In this document: in pieces, positions 24,504 through 36,150 of the stretch
How positions within the stretch are numbered: the stretch's first letter is position 1
How the letters are laid out: each line of letters starts with the position of its first letter
Notes under the pieces: generated by a model
Database searches by the model: none
The model's input: only the letters and a program-made list of their open reading frames with translations
What the model was told of the DNA's origin: nothing
Program-made: the position numbers and the translations under genes
Assembly: GCA_050084985.1 (NCBI GenBank)
Contig: JBITNC010000002.1
Coordinates: 8,060,001 to 8,124,000, forward strand
Length of the DNA stretch: 64,000 nt
From: Nageia nagi
Lineage: Eukaryota; Plantae; Pinophyta
Direction of reading: 5' to 3'

Positions 24504-25307
24504 GTACGATCAATGTTCATTGATTTAGAATTTAGATCCACTATTCTTCAGTCCAAACTGATAAGAAATTGCATATGCATCTTTAGTATTCTACTTCTGT
24601 ATATTATTTTTTCATCTTTGTACGAATATCATTTTTGAAATTTCTCTGGCTTATAGAATTCTGTATGTGGTCCAACAATATCATAGTAGATTTCTCATCG
24701 TGTCACAATCCACATAATGCGTTGTACTGCGAAGCATAGTTACAAGGTTTCTATGGAATCAGTCAAGCTATTACCAAGAGAAATTGGTAAAAGAAGATGC
24801 TGCAAAATAGACAGGAATTCAAAGAGTGTCTCTTACGTGAGACTTTCTCATGGAAAAACGCCAATTTCAACGTATGGTTGTCAGAGCTGCTATAACTCCA
24901 ATATATCATGAATATGAATATGATTTTTTTTTTTCTTTAAATTTTGCTTCTGCATCTAGCAAGTCAGATCTAAGCTTACGCTCATATGCAACATATCAAA
25001 TACGCGGGTGCATTCAGAGATTCCTTGGTGCTCTGAAAGGCAATGCAAACTTTTTTATTCTAGTTATCAAGCTTACTCTAGAAATATATGTGTTACTTAG
25101 ACATATTGCAAGGGATAATGCTCACATTTGAGAAAGAGATCCGTTCCTGTAATAGTAATATGATCATTTTCTAGCTAGCAGCATCATGATAGTAGATAAG
25201 TTAGTGGTAGGGCAATTTACTATGCGTCATACGTTTCCCTTCTCCGGCAAGATATGAAAAGCTAGAGAAAGCAAGAGATGATCTTATAAGCTTTCAATAG
25301 GGCAACC

Positions 25308-27389
25308 TATTAGAAATATTTCATTAGGGTTAGTTGTGGTAGTTTATTAAGGATGGTTGAATTTATAGGAAGTAGTCATTGGTGAGAGGTTGTTTAACCT
25401 CCTTAACTTCCGAATACCTTCATGTATTTATATTTCTGTATAGTAATATAATACTTGCTCTTAGAGCCATCTTCCAAATCTTATATGGTATGAAGCATGT
25501 TTTTCAGTAATCGGGTGGTTGCCATTCTTGCAACCTGTATTACTATTGTTCAACCATCAAGCCTGTGAGATATAGTTTTTTTTTTGTAGACTGTGACCTT
25601 TGAATAACTGCACATCAGTAAAAAATCACTGTTGGAGAATGAATTGCTGCAGTTGAAATGTCAGAAGATTAGAATACTGGGCATGCCGTTTTTTTGGCTG
25701 TGTACTACATGGTAAAGGTATTCCTGCCAATAGGTGCGTGTGTGTGCTCCAATTGCGTGCATTGCTTGACTGGGTACATTGTGAGTCTGTGAATTCCTTG
25801 ACTGTGCCAAGTAGTGTCCAGGTGGAGTGTGCCCAGCGCATTTGCTGTGATAGTATACTGCGCTTCACCATGTACAGAAGAAAAAAACGTTGGTATTGAA
25901 GACCACTGCTGCTGCGTTTGACTGTACTCCTCAGAGCGCTCCACTGTGTACAGAAGACCATTGCAAAGGCTGCACTCTACTTAGTGAAAGGAGAGTAGGA
26001 TACCTGTGTGTAGGAGCATAAAGAGAACTATGCATGATGTAAAAGTCTGACAAGAACATCATTATGCAGAAATGAAAAAGACTTGTGCGAATTTGAGAAG
26101 TCTGCACAAACTTTGAGAGCCGTTAAAAATAAGTCTCTGGACTGTCTAACTACTGCCCATTAAAGCTTGCCTGTGAAACGCAAAGATTGCTGCTGTAAAA
26201 ACATGTCTGCCAGTAAAGACATATTTTGGAAAAGATAACTTGCAAACATTTTCATGAGTGAAGTCTAGTGGTGGACAAAAGGAGACTCGCTTGTTTGCTG
26301 ATTCAACGTCAGAGACAAATAAAACTTGCATTTGATAGGAGAAGGTATTGAGTTTGAAATTTCATAATAATATTTTATTGGTAGTACCGAAATTAATTTT
26401 TGAAGACGAAAATATTTATTTGGTAATAGTTTGTTATTCAAACTCTGTCATGTAACAAGTCGATTCTAAGGTTTAGAAGTGCTTTGGATATGATGGTAAT
26501 GTCTATTTTATGTTAAAATGTGTCCTTGTACTGTTTTTTAACAAGACAAAGAGTGCATTCTCAGTGGAACCCAATGCTCTTATCATTTGCTTTCATTGAT
26601 AGAAGATACTCTTTTGATTAAGGGGGGAAGTTTCCAACACTTCCTTTATTCGTGATCGGATGTGTTAGTCTCCAATCACTATTGGATGGATGTGTTGGTC
26701 TCCAACCATATTTTAATGCATGTTGTACACATATGTGTTTGCCCTTGTTTACATCTTTGATCATGGGTAGATGTCTTAGTCCCTATCCTTGGTCATATGG
26801 ATAGATGTGTTAGTTCTTATCCTTGTTTGGATGTTGTAATAAAAGGGACAAAAGAGATTTATTACAACATTTTTGAAGTGATGGTAAATGCTTAGTCATT
26901 ACCACATGAAGAATGGTGATACTCAATCATTGCCACATGAGATTTGAAGACTTGAAGATCAATGAGTCCATTGCTGCTGAAAATCATGATGAGATCAGTG
27001 AGCCCATTGCCATTGAAAAAATGTTGTTGTGTGGTCAGTGAGCGCGATGCCATTGCCAATTTTGCAAATAGTGTTGACAACACTTAAGAGGAGATGTGAT
27101 GATATATGGTGATGATGGTTGTTTCGGCTATTGTTCGGACCACATGTGGATGTGGTGATCTCTTTTTCATTTATTAGTGGTCTTAATTTTGTAGACCTAA
27201 TGGAATATGGGGGTATGTTAGAAATATTCCATTAGCGTTAGTTGTGGTTTTTTATAGTGGTTTAGTTTATAGGAAGTAGTTATCGGTGAGAGGTTATTTA
27301 ACCCCCTTAACTTCCGAATACCTTTATGTATTTATATTTTTGTATAGTAATGTAATACTTGCTCTTTGGGCGATCTTCCAAATCTTATA
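25308..27389 (+). mobile_element. Small non-coding LTR element (TRIM/LARD-like, 2.08 kb) in NHD1 intron
   Basis: Paired ~175-bp LTRs at 25308-25485 and 27216-27389. PBS-like TGGTATGAAGC at 25486, PPT-like GGAATATGGGGGTA before 27216, TSD CAACC/CAACG. No recognisable gag/pol. Confidence 0.85.
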
Positions 27390-27478
27390 CAACGAACAAG
27401 GTGAAAGGGCTTCCTTTTGATGCACATGATCCTGCATTCTTTAAGAGAGAAACAGAGGTTTAGGCTCACATTGCAGAG

Positions 27479-30248
27479 CAGTGATGGGTGATGTTTGAAA
27501 GTTCCGGTACCAAGTATATATGTGTTGGGCTAAATTTTGGAAATCGTCAATAGTACGAGGAAAAATATGGGAAAAAAACGTGATGCAATAAAACTAGAAT
27601 AAACACAAAAAAGCGTGAAAAAATGACAAAAACGGAAAAGAACGTGGTATATTAAAACACAAAGCATGCAAATTTTTTATATATTCTATAGAATATGCTT
27701 ATCTAATTGCTATAAAAATTACATCATAATTTCATATTACATATTCATAAATCATAAATGATAATCATAATTCAACTTCATACGAGTTACGACATAGACA
27801 AAAATCATAGATTCATGACTATAAGTAACTAAGTTCATAACATCGATTGTCAATAATAGATATATGAAATACAAAAATCAAAATGTATGTCAAATCATAT
27901 ATCATAAGTGTCTAATGCCTAGTGCCAACTTGTAAAGTGTCAGCAAGTACAAAAAAAGTAAGCGTAATACAATGTCAATCAAGGCATCAACGACCCTTGC
28001 CCCTCTTATATCGACCACCATGACTATATGTTCTACTACCACTAGGAGTGAAAGGGCTAGGAGAGGTTTTTGTTCCCTTGCCACGAACATCCACACTAGG
28101 CATAGGGAATGGATCCTGCTACTCCATGTGCAAATGCTCCTCCTCCTCCTCCACGACCGGCAATATGTCTACGCCTATGTTTGCGGCTGCGTCAATCTCC
28201 TCCCCCAACTCAATCCATTCAACCTGAAACTCCTCATCTAAATTATTATCTTCTACAACATCACATGGAGGTGCATCGCCATATGAGGGGTCAATGGAAG
28301 ACAAATCAATAGGTTCCACAATTTCTGTCTTCTACAATTGCTTCATATACAACCGTAGGTTGACGTATATGTACACAGTATCATCCAAGCGTTGTTGTGA
28401 TAACCTAATAACATTGAAATAAATTTTACCATATTAATTACTAATTGAAACGTAATTGCAAATTTGCAAGAACTAAGATTTTTAATTAATATGAAGCAAT
28501 TTGCTAATCTGTTACGCCTCTTGGAGTGAATTTTTTCGAAAGCACTCTAATTGCGCTCGCATCTTGAAGAGGTACATGTTTGACTAAGGATGCAAATAGC
28601 TATGTTTTGCAATTCGGGTGTATCAACTCCAAAATTTGTCCACCATACATCTAAAATACAAAGCAAATGAGAAAAAATTAAAATTTGTAAAAGCCTGAAT
28701 GTAACTTGAACTTGAAGTTTGAAATATTTATTTATAGCATTTGAAAATTGAAATTGAAACTTTGAACTTGAAATTTCCTCTCACCTAGAGAGAGGTCATG
28801 ACGTGTCTCTATAGCTCCACCAAAACCAAAGAAGCCAAGTGACATCTTGTACATCTCCATGTCCTTCAAGATTCTGGCACGCTTGGCAGGATCTCTCACT
28901 ATAGTGCATATGCATTTTGTTACTTAAGTTAAAATTTGAAATTTTGAATGCCATTAATAATATATAATCAAAGATTCAAAAATATTATATTATTAATCAA
29001 AACCTTCATAAAGTTCATTGCAATAATTTAATTCTAAATTTAAACTTACCCCTCTCGTAACCTTCTGGTCTCTCAACATTTTGGAGTTTGGTGCAAATAA
29101 TAAGCTAGGGTTCAACATGGCCCCCACTGCATGAATAGGGTGATGTAGCATGTTGTTCCATCGCTCATCAATGATATTCCAAAAGATGCTGAACTTGTTG
29201 CCAAACTCATTATCATCATCTGGATGATCCTCATAATATTTCTTGATGCACTCCTTGGCCCTATCCATGGCCTCATACAAGTACCCCATAGCAGGCCTAT
29301 CTGCATCAACTAAGCGAAGAACGACAACAAGTGGCCCAGTCATTGAACAAATCTCTCTTATCCCATCCCAAAATTCCTGCCTACCTATCAATGTAGTCAC
29401 CTCTTGGCCCTCTGGCCTCGTGCTCAAAGTAGTAGAAAGCCACTCTCTAGAAACAAACATTGCCCGAAACTCAAACATGCTTCTAAGCAATGATTGAAGG
29501 GAGATGAAATTAGAAGCAAAACGTGTGGTTGTTGGGCGCAAAAACTCCTTGCCGTGGGTGTATCGCCTCATCATGCTAAGAACCGTGGATTTTTTATAAA
29601 TATACTTAGTGATTGACCTTGCTTGGTGAACCACCTTTTTCATTGAATCCAATTTCCCAATGCCTTCCAAAATGAGATCAATGCAATGGGCAGCGCATGG
29701 AGTCCAAAAAATGGTGGGATATTTTTCCATTAGAAATTTCCCATCTTGAACATAGTTTGCAGTGTTGTCCGTGATCACTTGGACAACATGCTCCACTCCC
29801 ACCTCTTGCACAAACTGGTCTAATAAATGGAATAAAATTCTAGAATCCTTTATTTGTCAGGATGCATCGATGGATCTAATAAATGTTGTTCCACGTGGGC
29901 AACACACAAGAAAATTAATAAGGGTTCTACCCTTCATGTCTCTCCATCCATCAGACATTAACTTCCAGGACTCTCTAATTGAAGACAATCTGGAATAACA
30001 AAAATAAAAGTAAAGTGAAACAACTAAAAGTTTAAAATTTGAAATACAACTCTATTAAAAATTTAAATGTGACTAAAAAGTAAAAGTAAAAAATTAAAAT
30101 AATAAAAAATGGCCAGTAAAGGAATGTTTAAAAAGATATAATAATTAAAATTTAATGTACCTATCTATGCACTCCTGCTTGAGATCCCACACAAGAGGCC
30201 CTTGCATGTCTGCATAAGTGGGGGCCTTGTACCCAACCCCAATTGCAA
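27479..30248 (-). mobile_element. 5'-truncated hAT transposon with a pseudogenised, intron-containing transposase (DUF659 plus C-terminal dimerisation domain)
   Basis: MSDGWRDMKGRTLINFLV, VEHVVQVITDN, IFWTPCAAHCIDL, RPTTTRFASNF, RWNNMLHHPIHA, and a downstream CTSSRCERN motif. GT-AG introns (e.g. 30160-29990). In-frame TGA near 29860. Putative terminus CAGTG at 27479. Confidence 0.88.
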
Positions 30249-30821
30249 TATTATGTATTTGGTACTTCATGGATTGCAATATAAGACATCTGTTGTCGCT
30301 TACATTGTCTCACTGTGAACACCTACACTAGATTCACTACAAAAATAACACTAGAAATTGTTTGAGAACCAGTATTCTTGATCGCAAAACAGTACTATTT
30401 TACATTATGGCAACTTGAACTATATACAAGAAGTTTTGCCCATTCATGATGGCCATGGAGCTGATATACATGATTCATTGATTTCACTTTTCAGAGTTGG
30501 ATTAATCAGTAATGGATATTATTGGGTACAGTTTGATGTAATCCTCAAGTAAATATGGTTGATTTACATATCCCAAAGGAGGATTATGATTCGAACATGT
30601 GTCATGAGGACTCAAGAGTATCAGATACTGCCTATGAGTACAGAAGCCAGAAGGTAGTACTGTATAAGTCAGCTCCGGTAACCTTCTTGGAAATGTTTTG
30701 TGAAGATCAGTTACTGCAGCTTTCTTAAATTTTGAACTAATGATTAATGGATACACATCAGTTTTGATGTTTGAAATGCAGTGGATTTGATAAAAGATAT
30801 TTCCTGGTTTGTGTCTCACAG

Positions 30822-31116
30822 TTTACAGTCAGCTGGGATTCTCAAAGCATTAGCAACCTATCTTGATTCTTACATCCCAAGTATTGAACTAATTGCAAGT
30901 TCTATAGGTTTAGCATCAGCAGTGATAGATAATGTACCACTGGTTGCAGCTACAATGGGAATGTATGATAAATCATCCTTTCCAATAGATTCCGAGCTCT
31001 GGCAACTAATTGCATACTGTGCTGGAACCGGAGGTTCAATTCTCATCATTGGGTCTGCAGCTGGTGTTGCTTTTATGGGAATGGAGAAAGCTGATTTCTT
31101 TTGGTACTTGAAAAAG
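30822..31116 (+). CDS. NHD1: NhaD-type antiporter exon
   Basis: CTCACAG| LQSAGILK...SAVIDNVPLVAATMGMY...WQLIAYCAGTGGSILIIGSAAGVAFMGMEKADFFWYLKK |GTATGT. 295 nt. Confidence 0.96.
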
Positions 31117-31298
31117 GTATGTATGTCAAACTTGTTCATTTATTTATTCAATGTAGACTGACAAAAGAAATGGGACTTCAGGTTTCTGTATCTTTTTGCA
31201 TGTATTATAAATTTTTTTCATATTCCTTTAGAATTAAAACCCTAAATTACATCTATGTTTTTCAATCTTCTAATCAATGCAGTTAATGTCTATTACAG

Positions 31299-31415
31299 GT
31301 TAGTGGTTTTGCATTTGCTGGATATGTTGCTGGTATTGCTGCATATTTAGCTTTACATAACTTCCATATTCCATCAGCAACGACAATAGCTCAAATTCCC
31401 TTCCTGTCAAGTTAA
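31299..31415 (+). CDS. NHD1: NhaD-type antiporter terminal exon
   Basis: TTACAG| VSGFAFAGYVAGIAAYLALHNFHIPSATTIAQIPFLSS*, TAA at 31413-31415. The five exons splice in frame without stops (~297 aa, C-terminal half). Confidence 0.93.
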   Translation, partial: VSGFAFAGYVAGIAAYLALHNFHIPSATTIAQIPFLSS

Positions 31416-31530
31416 GTGGAACTTAGCTGGGGATATATTTAATAACAGATGAAGAGAATATTACTCAGAAATTGCTGTGAAAATAGGATTTTGTGTTACA
31501 GATTAGCAAAGGGCTGTTAATATCACATAT

Positions 31531-33975
31531 TGTAGACCCTTGAAATTGAATTTTGAGTAATTACAATGGTCATTTAGCTTATTTAATTTTTCTATGCAAA
31601 AATAGCAAATCAGATCCATTTTGAACTTTTTTTTAACTTAAAGTAGATCTTCTAATTCACTGTTATCCAATTTGCACATCATCCTAGATGGGCCCACCTA
31701 GATGAACCCAAATTTGGATCTACCAATCCTATATAAAGGAAACACAACAACCAAAATTCACAACACCTAAGAATTCATCAAATCCTAAAACTCGGCATTT
31801 TGAACCTTGCATCTATAATGTTGGGTGATTTGGGCCCTGAGCTAGATTGACCTTGAACTAGTTTCATGTGCTTGTACAACCTAGTATCATCTAGATCTAT
31901 TGTTTGTTTGCCTTCAAACACTCTAGAACACCTAGATTTGTTCTGCAAGATTGCAACCTGTTCATTAGCCTTCCTCTGATTGAAAACCTCCAAATAAGTC
32001 TTCTTTGTATTTCCTTTCATAAATTTACATAATCCTAATTTCCAGATCGGCTCTGTATTATTGCATTTTTCTAACAGTCTCTTTTCATTTTTGTACATAT
32101 TTACAATATTATTTTAATACATGCTCTTTAATTTTGTCTACATTTTTGGTGAACTCAACATTTTATATTCTTTTGAATCTTTTCTATCAAAAACCCAAAG
32201 TTAATGGTTTGTATTCTGTTCCACCAAAACACTAGGTTTTGGTAAATCCTCCTTGTTTGTATTTGTTGTCAATTCTTGGTTTTTGCTTACAAATATGATT
32301 CATTCAAACCCTAGTTTGTAAAACAACTAGTTTCCAAATTAAGGCACCATGTTACTTTCAAACTTAATTTTTCTCGGTGTTATCTTCACCCTTGTTTGCA
32401 CTACCTTTAGAACCTCTAAACATAATGGATCTAAAATTGTTCCCAAACCGAGAATAAGGGAAAGGATAGCTAACAAAAGGAAAACTACCTTATACATTTC
32501 TATTAATAATGATAGATACTGTTATCTAAAAGACACTGTTAATTAACACAAATGTTGATATTTTTAGTTCATATATGCAAATCTTAGATAGTCAAGACAA
32601 ATTATGTTGGCGATACAGAAGATGATGACGATCAGCAAAGCAGTTCACAAGGTATTTATCAAAAGGACAATAAAAATGAATAGAAAATCAGGATAAACAA
32701 TCTAATGAAAACCCTAATGCTACAAAAAGGAATGGAAGACCAATCATGGATACTGATGTTGCTCTTGAATTGTCATTGCATGCCTTACCAACTGAGGAAT
32801 GAAAAGCCAAGCTCACAACTTATAGAATGGCTGACGGAGATTTCTTTCATAAATTTGTCATGCTATCAAAATATCCAAAAATAACTATTGACTTATGTTG
32901 GGTTTGTGGTATCCTTGATTCACCTCCTTCACCCATATGTCAAGCAATTCAACCAGTCCCTCAAAGATATCTTTATCCCATGATGACCTCGATACAATTT
33001 TCAATTCCTACTTCAATTTGGCATCTTTGCCAAAGAATTAGATTCCACTTATTGCTGATCTCAACACCCGTTCCATCGTCTTCCAAATACATTCGTATCC
33101 TGTTTCATCAAATCTTACCTCTTTGCCACCTCCAATATTTGACATTGATAATGCCATTATCATTGTTTACTCATAAAGTTAACAATGGAATCCAATGCAT
33201 TAGACTCCATACAACAACAATGGAAAAAAATAGGGTAACATCAAAACCTTTAGATCCGAAAGGGCAACAAAATCAAACAGCAGTCACTTCAACCATTTTA
33301 AAGGAAAATAAAGATGATTCATCAATTTTTAACTTTGAGGGACTAAAAGGAAAATTCAATTAGTGTATAAAATGAATTTGTAACAATGGCGAAAAGAGCA
33401 ACTTGATTTGAAAAGATATCACCTCAAGTACAACATATGTAATTACCCAAGGTTAAACAATTCCTTTAGTAGCAATAGAAAAAAAAAAGAACTCTTCCTC
33501 AAAACAGCCAAAAGAATGTAAGGAATAGAGTGAGTTTTTCAAAGAGATGCATCAAAAACTTCAAGAATTAAAGGCAATCAAGGTTAAGGCACTAAAGTAC
33601 AATCACATATCATGGCTTCATACAAAAGTATTTGGAAACCTTTGTGCTTAAGAATCATAAAATTAGCTTTTAGCGAATAGAGATCTCTCAAGTTTCACTA
33701 AAGATAACAATGCAAGGGACCCTAGTTAACATGTGTTAAGATTTAAGAATGAAGCAATTGAGCTTGGTAATGATTAAGATCTCATGATCAATGTGTTTTT
33801 CAAAAAGCTCAATAGGTGATGCTTTTCTATTGTATTAGAGTTTTGAGCATCTTAGTCATTTTTAGAAAAAGCCTATCTTGACATCAAGCATGATTCTACA
33901 TTGAGTGATCTATACAAACTCAAGCAATTGCCAGATTAGAAATTCTATTATTTTGTAAAGGTATGGAGGAGAAAA
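31531..33975 (+). mobile_element. Degenerate Gypsy element: 5' LTR (31531-32142), tRNA-Trp-like PBS, gag remnant
   Basis: TGTAGAC...GTCTACA inverted ends. TGGTGAACTCAACA follows the LTR, versus TGGTGAACCCGACG (tRNA-Trp complement; differences are transitions). A gag-like broken frame (HVLRFKNEAIELGND..LMINVF) lies at ~33690-33850. Interrupted at 33976. Confidence 0.7.
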
Positions 33976-34362
33976 TGTAAAGACCCAAATACAATATCAA
34001 TTGCATAATGCTCAAAACACACAAATAAACTCTAACGTCTGATCTAGGGCATCAAGCACAAGTGATTACATCGCAACAATGCTAATGCCTAGCTCATACA
34101 TGCATGGAAGAGTAAACACACCACAACATTGTAGACATAAACAATTACACTGCAAACATGAGATCCAATACCTGATGGCTGTATATAGAATAAACAATGT
34201 TTAATAATACAATACCAGGCCCTAGAGGTTTGACGTTGTCCTCAAAGGAGCCAACTCAGACATAACATGTATCCTCAAATTGGACGGATAGACGGGACCT
34301 CACTCGCTCAGAACCTGAATCCTCTCCACCAAAGGAGCCCTCCTTTGATCTTGGCGACCAAC

Positions 34363-34890
34363 TGAATGTAATAATAATCAAGCATGCCTAGCTATGAGGC
34401 TCCAATGCCGCTAAGTCTTCTTGTCCTCTGGACGATATGAATGTAATAATAATCAAGCATGCCTAGCTATGAGGCTCCAATGCCGTTAAGTCTTCTTGTC
34501 CTTTGGACGATATGAATGTAATAATAATCAAGCATGCCTAGCTATGAGGCTCCAATGCCTCTTTATACACTCAATTGGATTTGGATCTAACCTAGGAGTC
34601 ATCACCCTGCTCCTCCATTCCAATGTTAGCCTCCTCGGGGCCCAAAATGCCCAACGTGGGTGCTTGGGGTCAGGTATGCCTAACGTGGGTGCCTAGGTGC
34701 CATAAATGCCAACGTGGGGATCTAGGAGTGCCACGCATGCCCAACATGGGTCTAGGAGCCATGTGTGGGGACTAGGTGTCATCATGGGCCAAAGTGGGGG
34801 TCTAGGAGTGCCACGCATGCCCAACATGGGTCTAGGAGCCATGCGTGGGGACTAGGTGTCATCATGGGCCAAAGTGGGGGTCTAGGAGTC
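34363..34890. repeat. Local tandem duplications specific to the 3' LTR (75 bp x ~2.6; 80 bp x 2) plus ~21-bp CCAACGTGGG repeats
   Basis: TGAATGTAATAATAATCAAGC at 34363, 34438, 34513; TCTAGGAGTGCCACG at 34721, 34801. Only single copies are present in the LTR at 42950-43856. Confidence 0.85.
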
Positions 34891-35499
34891 TCCCCAAGGT
34901 TTGCGCATGTATACAAGTGCTCATCCATCCATCTAAGTGCTAAATAGACCTTGGGATTCCCACAATCATGCTTGAGATCTCCAAGTACAATTAAACACCT
35001 AATCTATGCTTGGGAGGGAGACGTCCCACTTGGGGCTCATAGTGGGGTCCATTGACCCATTAAGTCTTCTATCCCAAGCTACAACTGAAAGTACAATGCA
35101 ATAATAAATATATTACAAAGGGGAACCGTTGGATTCCATAATTAATTATAACAATCCAAAGGGAACGTCACAAAGCCTTCCCTCTCGAATTGCTTGCCCT
35201 CTTGTAATGGTGGAAGATCGTAGCATATTGTCTTCCAAGAATCCTTCAATCCTGAGAGCTGTGGTCTGTCATGGTGGAATGCAACTTCAATATCTTCTTT
35301 CCATGATGGCAGCCTAGTGTAGATCGCTGAATTTGTGTTTCCATGCATAAGTGTTGCATGCAAAAACTCTGATTTGTTGTAACTGTCACTCTTTATTAGC
35401 TGCCTCTATGGCTGTCCTGAACAAACATGGGGATGTATGTATGCCTCCGTGAGGATGTACCTGCAAAAACCTCAAGTAAATCATGGGTGAGTGTAAACA

Positions 35500-36150
35500 A
35501 GCTGAGCCCTTGCTCCATAGATGAGGCCTAGCCTTCCCCAAGCACAACGTGGGGTCCCAAACTCTCCTAACAATCAGTGTGAGATCCAAAACTCCTCTAT
35601 CTTCTAACGTGGGAAGCCAAGCTGTCCCTTGACCTAATGCTAGGTGTCTGACACTTCCCAGGTCCAATGTGGGAAACCAACACTCCATCAACCTAAACAT
35701 TGGGTGCCCAAGCCTCATTAATGCCATCATGGAGTGTCCAAACTCCTCCATACCCACCATCATACACCAGAATCCCTCACCTTCCCATGTGAGGTGTAGA
35801 AGTCTCTCTGAGTCCAACGTGGGATGCAAAAGCTCCGCTCGGCCCAACATCTAGCTTCGAGCCTTCTTAGTGATCCATGTGAGGGGTAGAAGCTCCCTTA
35901 AGTCCAATGTTAGGTGGCAATCCTCTTCATGACCTAACGTGAGATACCTAGCCTTCTCAAGGCTCAACGCAAGGTGAAGAAGGTACTCCATGAACAACGT
36001 GCAACATCCAGCCTTCCCAAACCCCAACGTGGTGTGTAAGAAGCCTTCCAGGCTCCACGTCAGGTATCCAACCTTCCTGATATGCAACGCAGGGGATGTG
36101 GGCTCCTTGTCACTCTCCTCCTCATACCATGACCTCCTTATGCTCAACGT
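35500..36150 (-). repeat. 30-bp tandem array (decapeptide repeats), copy B
   Basis: ORFs 35851..36198 and 35386..35850 abut in one frame with a single TAG, and read LTWSLEGFLH/TTLGFGKAGC/LALSLEKARY/LTLDLRELLP. Confidence 0.85.

Noticed and set aside
28993-29811. Active hAT transposase
   Set aside because: In-frame stop and small deletion upstream, stops in downstream exons, and the 5' part and terminus are missing.
19538-31161. ORF-track starts and ends for NhaD pieces (19538..19753, 24238..24528, 30781..31161) as separate genes
   Set aside because: They are exons with intronic read-through. Canonical AG/GT sites give one in-frame spliced product.
32827-33363. 178-aa ORF as a host gene
   Set aside because: It lies between the PBS and gag remnant of a degenerate Gypsy element, with no recognisable domain.
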